Source of the DNA: Callorhinchus milii
Taxonomy: Eukaryota
Direction: 5' to 3'
Length of the DNA stretch: 64,000 bases
NCBI RefSeq assembly: GCF_018977255.1
Contig: NW_024704742.1
Coordinates: forward strand, 10,790,001 to 10,854,000
Shown here: positions 38,461 to 51,074 of the stretch, in pieces
Position numbering within the stretch: position 1 is the first letter of the stretch
Layout: each line of letters starts with the position of its first letter
The notes under the pieces: generated by a model
What the model was told of the DNA's origin: nothing
Database searches by the model: none
Seen by the model: only the letters and a program-made list of their open reading frames with translations
Translations under genes and position numbers: made by a program

Positions 38461-39882
38461 TCACTTCCTGAGTGATATCATAGGCAACCTAATGATGTGG
38501 ATATCAGCTATTTTAGTGGCAAAAACCCAGTTGGTGTATGGGAAAGAACAGGCCATCTCCACACAGTGAATGGGTCTATTCAATGCCTTGTTATGTCTTC
38601 CCGATGTGAAAAATAATGAAAGACTAATGTAAATGCAAGGATTATTATTATTATTATAAATGTAATTTGTTGTTGTTTTGGCTACTGCATTTCACTTACA
38701 TAATATACAATCAATCCACTTTACAATCTATTTTGTGAAGCACTTTGAGACGTCTCAACAACGTGTGAAGGTGCTATATCAAGTGCAAGGATTATTATTA
38801 TTACTAGACTGCACTGTACATCATTTCCAGTAAAATAGAGTGTGTGTGGGTTTTAATATCTTTAACCATTTACATTTTCAAATCATACACCAAACCTAAT
38901 ATTTAATTGAGGTCTGAAAATGAATAAATTAGGATTGTTTAGAGGTATGCTTTGAATTTGTAACTTCAAACTTCAATTGGGGCTGTTCAATATAGATATA
39001 TGGAGATATTGAGAAGGTTAACGGTGCTTTTTTATACAAGAAAACCTCATTGGAATTAAACCAATAAATTATTTGAAAATAATATTTTATTATTTGAAGT
39101 ATAAACTGAAAACTCAACATTTATTCACATGGAATCAAATTCTACCAGCTCCCTTGTGATCCTGTTATGAGTGTGACCGATTCTGTATTCATAAAATATC
39201 ACTGTTAATGTCACGTAATGTGCATTCTGGAGTGCGTTTGAATACTGATAACCTTTGATTTATAGATTATAGGAATAAGTTCATTTCTATAACTGCCTTT
39301 GCTTTATAGTGTAAATATTTGGGGTTAAGTAAGTTGTTATGGTTGAATGATTCAATTTTTCTTGCAACCACTTACTATTATAATTTATCCCCTGTGTATA
39401 GAATTCTAGTTTTCAAAAAAAAAGGTAAGGTCTAGTGTGTTTATAACATGATTCTTTACTAAGGAATCACACTGACCTGTGGGAACGCTATACTGATGCA
39501 ATGTGCCTCTGGAGCAGAATTCCAGTGGGTCAACAAGATTTTTATCAGGATACCTTATTTTGGAACATGCAAAGGATTTCTGCAAATTATATTGCATTAA
39601 ATAAAGGGGAGTCAGGGTGTATTCAGTATGAAACCATTTGACCTGCACAGCAGCATTCAGTGAGTAGAGATACTAGTTATGAGCTGGGTTAATAGAAAAT
39701 TGTGGAAATATTTACCAAAAATTGCAGAAATATTTGATATTCCCTGGGAAATTACGAACGATTGATTGGTGCTATTGAGAGATGCATTTTGTGAAATAAC
39801 CCGGATTAAAACTATGGGTATATATTTCCTGAACATGTAGTTGTGCTTAAAATACTAAAAATGTTAATGTGAATAGTACAGT

Positions 39883-40095
39883 ACTTACCAAGAATTGGTC
39901 GCAGGAGCTCAGTTTAGGCCAGGCGTCGAGGAAACAGACAACAGTAGTGAAGTGTGACGCAGCTGATATTTCTATCGTGGGTTACTCACTAGCGAAGCCG
40001 ATTTCCCGCTCGTGCCAATTCCGGGACCGGAGCCAAGTATGACCGTACTTTTCTATTAGCCCAGGTTATGGGCTAGGCCAGTGGCGGTGAACACA
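39883..40095 (-). promoter_or_regulatory. Small CpG-rich island, candidate promoter or first exon
   Basis: About 13 CpG in about 190 bp; TTTCCCGC (E2F-type), TGACGCA (CRE-like), CCAAT, and a minus-strand donor TTG|GTAAGT. Confidence 0.35.
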
Positions 40096-40399
40096 TAAAT
40101 GTTCCTTGATTGAATATTTCTTGATTTATGTAATAAATCTATGCTATGTTGTTATTTCTATGATTATTTTGCTGGCCAACCATTGGACTTGGTTGTCAAG
40201 ACATTTCTAATGTTGCATATATGCAACCATATATGCGATTTTAGCAAAGATTTGCTTTAAACCACATTGCTTGAAAGTTGATTCAGATGGCAGGAGCCCT
40301 ACTCCTGACAGGAGGAAGTGGCTTCAGGATTGACATGAGTGGTACCTCCACTCCAATATCCCATGGAGCATCCCATGAGCACCTTATTAGTTAGTTTAG

Positions 40400-41112
40400 T
40401 TAGATTCTGGGGGATGGGGAACCAGTGAAGCCGGGCAAGGGTGGGTGTGATAAGATCATGGAGCTTGGTGCGGGAGAGGAATGAATGAATGATCTGCAGC
40501 TTGTGGAGGGAAGAGTTGGGAAGACTGACATGCAGGGATTTAGCGTAGTTGAGCCTGAATGTGATGAATGCATGGATGTGGGTCTTTCTGGCCTGAGGGG
40601 TGAGGCAGTGGCTGAGCCAGGCAATGTTGCAGAGGTGGGGGAAGGCAGAGCGGGTCATGGCACAGATGTGTGGCATAAAGGAAAGTTGAGGGTCAAACAA
40701 GATCCCAAGATTCCATACTGGCTCAGTGAAGTGTAGAGTGCATCCGTGGATGGTGTTGCTGTCAGCACCTGAGGTGTGAAGGTGCTGACGAGAGCCAATC
40801 AGGACAGCCTCAGTCATGTTGACGTTCAGCTGAAGAAAGTTGGCTTTCATCCAGGACTTGATGTCTGACAGACATTCTGACAGGACATCAGTGGTCCTGG
40901 AGTCGAGGGTGGAGGCAGAGAGATAGAGTTGGTTATCATCTACTTACATGTGGAAGTTGACCCCATGTTTGTGGATGATATCACCAAGCATGTAGATATT
41001 GAAGAGGAAAGGACCAAGGACAGAACGCTGCACAAGATGATGTTGGGGCTAGAAGAGAATCCATTCGTGGAGACAAAGTGGAGACGATGGAAAAAGTAAG
41101 GGTTGAACCAGG
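40400..41112 (-). mobile_element. L2-clade LINE internal fragment
   Basis: ORF 40299..40850 ANFLQLNVNMTEAVLIG...LARLHWFPIPQ; a separate L2 tail starts at 41113. Confidence 0.9.
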
Positions 41113-42059
41113 CAACAACAACAACAACAAAATTACTTTTATATAGCGCCTTTCACATTGGGAGGACATTCCAAGGCACTGAAGAGCAGGACCATGAAGA
41201 TTCAGCGGAGAGAAGAAGTGGCGGATGAGGATAGAAGGGGGAGGTCAAGTCCTGACGTGAACTCACATTGTCTGGAGCTGACAGCCCACATGCATTAAAC
41301 CGAGGTTCCATCTTCCTATTCAGGTGGACTTTAAAGATCTCTTGGCAATATTTATAAGAGAAGGGAGTGTCCTGGCCAACAATCCCTCGAATAGAATTAG
41401 TCATTCACTTCATGGTTGTTTGTGGGACATTGCTATGTGCAACTGAGCTGTCCTCCCGACATGAAAAGCGCTTTACCAAATGCAAGGATTATTATTAATG
41501 ATCAGTTGCAGCTATCAATGGTAAGCAATATGATGTGACAACAGAAACTCTCTTTGAGAGAACCTTTACAGGTAACCTTACTGCAGTGGCATTCATAACA
41601 CTGAAACTAGACATCTTTGTAGCAGCAAGTCTGCACTCAGTAAAACCAATTTACGTCATGGAGCTCTTGAAGAATTAGTGTGGTTTAAAAATATCTAGAA
41701 TTAGTGAATACTTCATTCAGCCACATGAATATTATCATTCAAGCCTTTGTACGCTGACTCCTTGGTCCATGTACAGAGGAGGGAAGACAGCAGGATTACC
41801 AACAGCAAACAAAAGCTGGAGAGTAACAGCTGTAGTTGTGGACCGTTCTATTAAAGTGAGCAAAGACCATCTGTTTACCTACTTGAGCAATCTGAAACGC
41901 TCTACTGCAATTACAATTGCGAATTCAAATAATACTCAAAGTCATTGGCCATATGTCTGGTTACTGTTGTTTTTTATGACTTCCCTCAGATTATTTCCTT
42001 TCCACTGTAGGTGTTGAATCATGCCGAGGCACAATAACAAAGCACCTGTTGCCCTTAGA

Positions 42060-42390
42060 CACCTCGGCCAGACAGCCATTCTTTATCTGTGAGATAAGTT
42101 CCAGAATTGTCAGCCATGGAAGGTGCCATCATCCACCACTGACATCAACCAACATAGTCACACATTTTCCAACAGGTGTCACTGAATCGTGATCAGGAGT
42201 AGAAACTGTAGCTGGTTTTATTGTGTACATTACTGGCCCAGGGATACTGAAGCCAATGAGAGCATTCATACACCCTTCCTGCCCTCCAGGATGAGATCAG
42301 GTAACTCAGGACAGATGTGGGATTGAGTATTAGACCTTCCTGTTTCATACCAGACAGGGAGTGCCTTTACCAACTGAGTCATTGGGGCAG
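42060..42390 (-). mobile_element. Ancient tRNA-derived SINE, AmnSINE2-like
   Basis: Minus strand A box TGACTCAGTTGGTAAAGGCACT, then CAGGAAGGTC, CTGAGTTACCTGATCTCA, CTCCTGATCACGATTCAGTGAC and AAGAATGGCTGTCTGGCCGAGGT, in the order I recall for AmnSINE2. Confidence 0.6.
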
Positions 42391-42672
42391 CTGCTGGCCA
42401 AAGCTTTAAAGTCTTGCTTTGTTTCAGTGACTCCAATGAAATTGCCATACAATATTGTTGTCATTATTCAACTTGCAACATTGAAATACACCGCAAGATA
42501 ATTGGCATACCGTGCCTTCAACTGAAAGGAAGTGTTTGCACGTATAAAATGCATTGACCACTATTATACCCTATTAACTCGAGAGATAATTTCTACTGAT
42601 CATGAATTTTACTAGCTTCTCTTTGTATTGGTGTAGGCAGCCCCAGATTAGAGGAATGTTGTTTCTACATTT

Positions 42673-42995
42673 GTGGAGTCCTGTAGCTCAGTGGTTAGAG
42701 CACTCGCTTTGCAAGCGAGAGACCTGAGTTGAATTCCAGGCAGGGTGAAACCTTGGGCAAGTTTCCTTACTCCACACACCTAATAATAATCCCTCCAAAA
42801 CCAAAAAAAAACAATAATAATTTGGTCATTTTCAATCTACGACTGTTTGTGGGACATTGCTGTGCGCAATTGGCTGCCGCGTTTGCCCACAAATATACAG
42901 TCAATTCAGTTTACAGTGTGTTCTGTGAAGTGCTTTGGGACGTCCTCCCAACGTGAAAAGCGCTATATCAAATGCAAGGATTATTATTATTATTA
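42673..42995 (+). mobile_element. Young Deu-SINE, short variant, full length (reference copy)
   Basis: A box TAGCTCAGTGG 42684-42694; anticodon arm CTCGC-TTTGCAA-GCGAG 42703-42719 (TGC, Ala-like); B box-like GAGTTGAATTCC; Deu core; L2-type tail. Confidence 0.95.
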
Positions 42996-43264
42996 CATTC
43001 TAAAAGCGTATTATTTTTGAAGTCTGCATGAAGATTTCCTGATTTTCCAAATCATGGAACATTATAGGATATCCATTTTTGGGTGAAGTAGTGAATTCGC
43101 TGGTTTGAATGTGGCATTTTCATTTGGGGGGAATTGTGATTATATATAATTGTTTTCATGGTATTTGTACTGAAAACAAAGAGGGATGGCTATCTTAGGG
43201 ATTGAAATGCTTTATTTGTTTTGAGTCAACTGCATGCTTTCTTATTTCTCTCTCATTTGTCTCT

Positions 43265-43850
43265 TTCATTTAGGAGTGAAATTAGGAAATTGGAAGCAGT
43301 TTTTCACCCAAAGGGTAATAACAATAATAATAATCCTTGCATTTAATATAGCGCCTCACGTCTTTGAGACGTCTCGCAGAGCTTCACGGAATATACTGTA
43401 AAGTGAGTTGACTGTATATTTTGTGGGCTAAAAGCAGCAGCCAATTGTGCACAGCAGGGTCCCACAAACAGTTGTGGATTTATTACCTCCTGTAAAAGTG
43501 ATCTGCCAATCGGCTAACAACCTGGTTCCTACTTAATGCTAGGTAAACAGAGACATGTGGAGTAAGAAAATTTGCTAAACATTTTGCCCTGTCGAATCGA
43601 ATGCAGCTCTCTTGCTTGCAAGGCATGTGCTCTAACCACTGAGCTACAGGACTCCACAAGGTAGTGGAAATTTGGAACTCTCTCCCCCAAAAGGCTGTGG
43701 ATGCTGGATCCATTCACATTTTCACGATGGAGGTAGATTGATATTTGTTAGGTCAGGGTATTAAGGGAAATGGGGCAAGGGCAGGTTATTGGACTTCAGG
43801 TACAGATCAGCCATGATCTTATAAAATGGTGGAACAGGCTCAAGGGGCTT
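43265..43850 (+). mobile_element. CR1 3' fragment split by a SINE insertion
   Basis: TTTAGGAGTGAAATTAGG...CAAAGGGTA resumes as AAGGTAGTGGAAATTTGGAACTCTCTCCCCC, collinear with 45505-45740. Confidence 0.85.
43318..43657 (-). mobile_element. Young Deu-SINE, long variant, nested in CR1
   Basis: Tail to head end CAGGACTCCAC; flanked by AAGGGTA and AAGGTA. Confidence 0.9.
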
Positions 43851-45169
43851 GACCTGATTCAGAGGAAAGCTATCTCCACACTTTCCTGAAAAATGAACTT
43901 AACAAGACCTACTAATACATAGTCTCTACACATTACAGTAAATTCAATGAATTGTTCTGCAACGTTTTAACGACGTAATAAGGGGCTATATCTAATGCAT
44001 TTACTGGGATTATTTAATATACCCGGATCAGCAAATACTGTCGCAATGCTTAGTTGTATCATCATTATTGAATTTCTCATGATAAATATTTAGCAGAGAA
44101 GATTGTTATTTTCAACTGTCAATGTATGTTGGACCCAACTGTCGTAAATTGTATATGAAGAATGACAATTTTGGCAAGCTGGCTTGCAAGTGTGGTCATT
44201 GCTCCTAGAATTGTATCCCAGCATTAGTTAGCTTTTTCAGAACAGCTGTCAGTGTGTTGGATTTCAGGTTCTGTACCTTCATTCCTTGGGTTCTTTGCAA
44301 GAATAATATTTCTTGTGGAAGGTTGAACAGCACAGACTGTTATAACCACAGGCTCAATTGATCTTCGCCGGTATCACTTAAGTAATAATCGCCAGGTTCC
44401 AAAACAGGTGGACTGATTTGACATCACACCTCATCATCATAATAATCCTTATTACATTTGGCATTGCACCTTTCACATGGATAGGATGTCTAAACGTGCT
44501 TTACAGGATTCACTGTAAAAGTGTTTTATCATAGAAAATTAGGAAAAGGAGTAGGCCAATAAGCCCATCATGATCGTCCAACACACAATATTCCACAACT
44601 ATGTACTGCAACCCTCCTCTTACAGCATAATTTAGTAATGGTCACATTCCTTTCCCTGGAAAGGTTAAAAGTGTTTAGGAGGAACGATTTTATTGCAGAA
44701 GATGGAGAATGTAGAATTCACTACTGGAATCAAACAGCATCAATGTATTAAGGAGAAAACTTGATACCTACATGAGGCTAAAGGAAATAGAGGGATATAG
44801 AGGAGGGAAGTAGGAAGGCTGTGTGGAGTATATACATCGACATGGACTAGTTGGGTCAAATGACCTGTTTCTGCGTCATCTAATTCTATGTAAATCGCAA
44901 GTTCTTTATCCTTTCCTACATTGTTACACTCGAGGCCAATCCAAACTTTAAGGAGCAGTATCTTAACTTTCTTACAAACCTTGCCTTCCGGCAGTAATAC
45001 CCGATTTGCAATCTTCAAATCATTGGCCATCTCCTCTATTTTCCTCCTCAAACTCTGTTTCTCTTGTTTGTTTCTTTTTCTGAGCTTTACTAGAATTTCA
45101 CACCTTCCTACTTCTGTCTCATCTGATTTTGTTTCCCTAGACTTCCTATTAACATAATTTAAAGATGTA

Positions 45170-45780
45170 TTTATTCGTGTTAGTCAGCTGTATAGAGCGT
45201 TAGTCAGACCCCACCTGGAGTACTGCATTCAGTTTTGGGCACTACACCACAGGAAAGATATATTGGCCTTGGAGAGGGTGCAGCGCAGGTTCACCAGAAT
45301 GTTACCAGGCCAAAAAGGGTTAGGTTACAAGGAAAGGCTGCGTAAACTTGGATTGTATTCCCTCGAGTTTAGAAGATTGAGGGGTGATTTGATAGAGGTT
45401 TTTAGAATGATAAAGGGATTTGATAGGGTAGGTGCAGAAAAGCTATTTCCTATGTTGGGGGAATGCAAAACAAGGGGGTATAGTCTTAAAATTAGAGCCA
45501 GACCATTTAAGAGTGAAATTAGGAAGCATGTTTTCACTCAAAGGGTGGTAGAAATCTGAAACCCTCTCCCCCAAAAGGTCGTGGATGCAAGATTCATCCA
45601 CACCTTCAAGAAAGAGACAGATTTTTGGTAGGTCGGGGTATTAAGGGATACGGGGAGAAAGCGGGAAATTGGATTTGAAATTCTAGTAAAGATATAGATC
45701 AGCCATGATCTAATTAAATGGCAGAACAGGCTCGAAGGGCTGAATGGCCTACTCCTGTTCGTATGTTCCTATGTTCCTAT
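45170..45780 (+). mobile_element. CR1-clade LINE 3' fragment
   Basis: LYRALVRPHLEYCIQFW and ORF 45263..45559 ALERVQRRFTRMLPG...RRLRGDLIEVF; (CCTATGTT)n tail; second tail piece at 45881-45957. Confidence 0.93.
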
Positions 45781-46088
45781 ATAATCAAAGGGCCTATAGC
45801 ATTTATGTTTTTTCTTTCAAAAGGAACAAAATTGTACGCTTTTCCTTCAAGACCCATTCTCTCTTCTATATAGGGGCTCTAGCCATGATCTAATAGAATG
45901 GCGGCACATGCTCGAGGGACAGAATGGCCTACTCCTGCTCCTATGTTCCTAAGTTCCTGCAGCACAGTGCTTCAGTTCTGACGCCGAATCTCTCTCTTCA
46001 GACATGGTGTGACCGGTTATGGGTTTCCAGCATTTCTGGTTTTATTTCAGATTCCCAGTGTTCACAGTTTCTAGTTTTATTCTCACAT

Positions 46089-46482
46089 TGTAGCTCAGTG
46101 GTTAAAGCACTCACCTCGCAAGTGAGACACGTGGGTTTGATTTCCAGGCAGGGTAAAACGTTGGGCAAGTTTCCTTACTCCACAAGCCTATGTTTACCTA
46201 GCAGTAAGTAGGACTCCGGTTGTTAGTCGCTTGGCGGATCACTTTTCCGGGAGTAATAATTCCTTAAAAAAATAATAATTTGGTCACTCAGTCCACAACT
46301 TTTTGTGGGACACTGCTGTGCGCAATTGGCTGCCGCGTTCGCCCACAAATATACAGTCAATTCACTTTACAGTGTGTTCTGTGAAGCGCTTTGGGACGTC
46401 CTCCCGACGTGAAAAGCGCTATACCAAATGCAAGGATTATTATTATTATATCAAATGCAAGGATTATTATTATTATTATTAT
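46089..46482 (+). mobile_element. Young Deu-SINE, long variant, full length, partially duplicated tail
   Basis: Head, central insert and Deu core; CAAATGCAAGGATTATT repeated. Confidence 0.92.
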
Positions 46483-46989
46483 ACTGTTGTACAAAATGCA
46501 AGGATTATTCTTCCTGGTTATTAATATTAATCTCATTCTCATACCAATGCTTTGATATCACAAAATGTTGGGGTCTGTTATCTACAAGCCTTTTAAGCGA
46601 GCCAATAGTTGAGATGCTATTTTTTTTAGCATTAGATTTTAATAGCTAGAAGTAATAGTTTTGAAATGTGTAGGTTTTAATGGATTTGCTTCAGTGGATT
46701 TGCGGTACTAAGGATAGATTAAAAAGATTTGCCTGGAAGTGTCTAATTTATTTATTTTTATTGACAAACACTCACTACAACTGTGGCAGAGTTTAATGTT
46801 CAATTCAAAACTCTAAGTGAAATCGTCAGTCATTATTATTGATGTTTACTCATTACATTTCATTACATGCAGAAAAAGGTCCCATTAAAATCATCATCTG
46901 TGACTTTAGTGCAGCATTATCATAATAGTTGATAATTAGACCTAATTATTCACTGAACACTTAAATAAAATGCATGATTTTAGCAGCAC

Positions 46990-47340
46990 TCTTTGACTAT
47001 GAACTCATATAGTCTATGCTGACACTCGCAGTGCTGTATTGGTGGATGAGAGATTAAACTGAGGTCCCCTCTGCAATTTAAGTGAATGTTAAAGATCCCA
47101 TGGCACTGTTTGAAATGAGAAGGCAGTTTCAGCCGGTGTCTTTGCCAACAATCCCCCAAATAAAATTGTTCATTCACTTCATGGCTATTCTTTAGGTCAT
47201 TCCTGGATGAAAATTGGCTGCTGCATTCACCCACTAAATACACTCCACTTCGCAGTACAATATATGCAGTGAAGCGGTATGAATTATCCTCCTGATGTGA
47301 AAGGCGCTATATCAGATGTAAGGAATATAAGGATTATTAT
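46990..47340 (+). mobile_element. Older Deu-SINE
   Basis: GTTAAAGATCCCATGGCACTGTTTGAA body and tail CCTCCTGATGTGAAAGGCGCTATATC. Confidence 0.7.
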
Positions 47341-49079
47341 TGCATGATCAGTGGTCGTGCTCTCCTATCATTGAATTTCAGAAATTATTGCTCTTGATTA
47401 AATTTAATACATTTTTTAACAATTGCATTTGAATAGGTTTTAATCGGCTATAGAAATAGCCAAGAACCAGAATAAGACAATGTTGCAGAGAAATGTGTCA
47501 TCTTGGTTGCTCACCTTTTATTTCATTGGTTTGAGAAAGTTAAGACAGTATAAATAATAATAATAAACCTTGCAATTGATATAGTGCCTCACCACACGTC
47601 TTCGAGACATCGCAAAGCGCTTCACAGAATATACTGTAAAGTGAATTCACTGTATATTTTGTGGGTGAAACACAGCAGCCAATTGCGCACAGCAGTGTCC
47701 CAAGGCGCTAGAGGAAAAGGTCTCTGTTTTCTTTAAACTTTGGACAAACAAGATGGACCTCAGTTGTCTTCTCCTTTCCAGTACATTTCTTTGTTCATTT
47801 ATTGATGTTTGTTTGTTATTATCATAATTGTCTAAAAAAATTCATTGTCTCAAAATTCTTTCCAGTTTAAGTTGTGGGACTCCTCAGTTTTAACTTATCA
47901 CTGAGAACTGAAATGTTGCTCAAGTGAATTTAGAGTGCATTTTCAGGTCAGCCGAGAGAGTCTCAATACCAAAGAGAGCTTTTCTGCTTAACGACTTTAC
48001 AGTGCTTTGCCAGTGGTGGATTAATCTGATAGAACACCATCCTTTGCTTTTGGGATTTGGGTACCAATACAGTACCGACAGATGGGCTGAGAGTTATCTC
48101 CCTCCAGCTGTTAAACAGTCTAAGTGAAATGCACTTAGGCAGTTTCAAGCCAGCTCCCAGTGGGGGCACGAGTCCATAGCATAAAACTACCCTCAAATTC
48201 AGAGCTAATTGCTATGAACTTGCCAATCTTTCTTTGGGAAAAAAAGAAGTGAAGAGAAACACATTGTGAGTGGTGCATCAATGATATTGTGTTTCTGCTA
48301 TTCTGTTCCATTGGGGTCAATGTAAGCATAGGTTTGTACTGCACTTGACCTGTGTTGCGCTTATTGTTGATGTGACAAAGTGAATAATGGAAAGTGTTCT
48401 TACTTTTTTGTTCCTGTTGCTGGTGGCACCAGGTTTGCAGAGCCTTTCAATAGGGCCAGCCTGCAATAACAAGACCAATTTGCACTCAGACAGGACGTCA
48501 CAAAGTGATTTACAATGACTGAGCGGGAGTCCAAGTTGTGGAGAGTAGGCGGTGGGGTAAGTAGCCAAAGGTGCAGTCAAATAGATAGGTTTCTAGGTGG
48601 GCTTTGAAAGTGGGGGGGGGGGCATTTTGGAAGAGTGGTCCAGAGTGTTGTGGCAAAGTGACTGAAAGTTCATCCCTGTCCCCCGAAAAAAAGCAGTGCA
48701 AGCAATAGGCATGAAGCAGACCAGAGTTATCGGCCAGCCAGTGCAGGATTACAAGAAATCACACATTTGCAAGTTTGTGGAGAGATTTGAAGGGGAGAAT
48801 GGGAATCTTAACATTGATCCACCAGGGGATAAGGACCCTGTGGTGTCGTGCAAGGTTTGGGGTCATGGGATTGTGGAGTCTGGTGTGGAAGAGAATCTAG
48901 GTTCCTGAGTTCTAAATGCTGTCAACCTACCCAGCACAAGACCATTTTCCTACGTTGTATATAATAATAATAATAATAACAATAATAATAACAACAATCC
49001 TTGTGCTTGATTTAGTACCTTATCACGTTTGAGGTGTCTCAAAATGCTTTACAGAATATACTGTAAAGTAAAATAAAGC

Positions 49080-49486
49080 TTGCATTTGATATAGTACTAT
49101 GGCATGGTTGAGACATCACAAAGCACTTCAGAGGATTTTACAGTAAAGTGCTGTGGCTGTGTACTTATAGGGGAACGTGCCAGGCAATTTTTAATGTACC
49201 CCAAACAGCCAGAAAGTGAGTGTTTTGTTTCTTTAATTTGAGGGATTGTTGGAGAAAAACTCGCTTCTCTTTTTGTAGTGTGCCGTGGGATCCTTAATGT
49301 CTTTAATCTTTAACGGATGCGACCTCGGGTTAACATCTCATCGAAGGACGGTGCCTCCACAACAATGCAACAATCCCCATCCCCCCCTGGTAATGTATTA
49401 GAGTGTCAGCCTAGACTGTGTTGGCCTTGAACCCAACCTTCTGACCACACTCAGAGGCTAGAAAGAGCTACCAACTGAGCCAGGCG
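49080..49486 (-). mobile_element. Older Deu-SINE, near full length
   Basis: GAAGGACGGTGCCTCC body; head GCTACCAACTGAGCCAGG. Confidence 0.7.
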
Positions 49487-50709
49487 CATTTGACGGTGGG
49501 AGGTCATCTCAAAGCATTTTGCAGGATTTTGAAGCACATTGTTGGTGAATGTGAAAACCAATTTGCGCAGATAAGCTGGAACCTCTTCCCAGCGATCGTG
49601 GATTCACAGCATAAAATGACTGGAATACGGGGAACTCACTCAGAATGGCCTTTGTGTGGCTGCAGTGGGGAACGGAGAGCGTTGCACAGTAAGTGGAGCT
49701 CTTTTGAAGCTGGTGCAGAGGTGTTCTAGGGAGGTAGTGTGGATGTTGCGTGTGTGCATCTAACTGTGTTATACTTCAGCTAGGCTAGTAACAGAAATGG
49801 CAAAGTGTTCCATTTCCCAGCACGGATAAACCTCAACTTAAGGAGAACAACATTTACCTGAAACATTTTAAAGGATGTTTTAAATACCAATGTATCAGTG
49901 AAAAACATTTTTTTCCAAAAGAAAATATTTTTACGCTTTTAAAAAAATAATAAGCTTAAGAAAAGAAACTAGATTCTTTGGACTGTCTTTTAAGAATTCT
50001 AAGCGATGTAACTAACAGTGATGATGCAGTTACTCCTGTGAATAATTAAAGCAATTGCGCATTAATGAATTTCATAATTATAGTCAGTATGTTAATTAAA
50101 TGGACTTTGCCTTTAATGCGTTGCAACTGACTGTTGGTTTAGTGGGAAAATGTGCCCTAATCACGAATGATGGATGGTCTAAAATCCCAATGAGACCATT
50201 TCAAAGGTAATCAGGACAAAGGCTTTCAAAAAAGCAGAGCACACAGCTTCAAAAAAATTATGTTAGTCAGAATAAATCAGTTAATCTTTCTTAAGCTCTT
50301 TCAGTCTCTGGTTGCCAGGCAGTATTTGGTTTCCTATGAAGGTTTTGTGCAGCCTCTTTGTTTCTTGGAGAATTGACGAGTACATTAGATGTCCTCATGC
50401 ACTGGGGTCAGTTTGAAAAGGATGACATTTTAGCAGAACATCAGGCAAGCAGAAACATAATGTGTTGCGGCATTGAACTAGTAATGGGATTTTAATAAAG
50501 ATTTATGCAGGATCTATTCAGCTTCAAACATTCGTTAATTCAGACACTGGCAAATCCCATCTTCCTAAAATATGCATAGAAATCTGAAATACGCAATTGA
50601 AGATTTGAAAACTAAAATACTTTTGCTTCATTTGTTAAATGGGGAACTGTCTCCAAAGGGCTTTAACTGCAGCAAGAGTGCGGGTTGAATAGAATAACAA
50701 TATAGTATA

Positions 50710-51074
50710 ATAATTCTTGCTTTTGGTTTTGCGCTTTATCACGTCTTCCAGATGTCTCAAAGCTCTTCACAGAATATACTGTAAAGTGAACTGACTGTAT
50801 ATTTTGTGGGCAAAACACGACAGCCAATTGCGCACAGCAGTGTCCCACAAACAGTCGTAGATTGAGTGACCAAATTATAATTTTTTTTTGAAGGAATTAT
50901 TACCCCCAGAAAAGCGATCCACCAATTGACTGACAACCGGGTTCCTGGTTACTGCTAGGTAAACAGAGGCGTGTGGAGTAAGAAAACTTGCTCAACATTT
51001 CTCCCTGCCTGGGAATCGAACCCAAATCTCTCGCTTGCTAAGCAACTGCTTAACCACTGAACTACAGGACTCCA
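50710..51074 (-). mobile_element. Young Deu-SINE, long variant, full length
   Basis: B box GGGAATCGAACCC, central insert, Deu core and tail. Confidence 0.92.

Noticed and set aside
42673..42745. Functional tRNA-Ala(TGC) gene
   Set aside because: The anticodon arm is intact, but the sequence runs directly into the SINE body in many copies, with no proper acceptor stem or terminator
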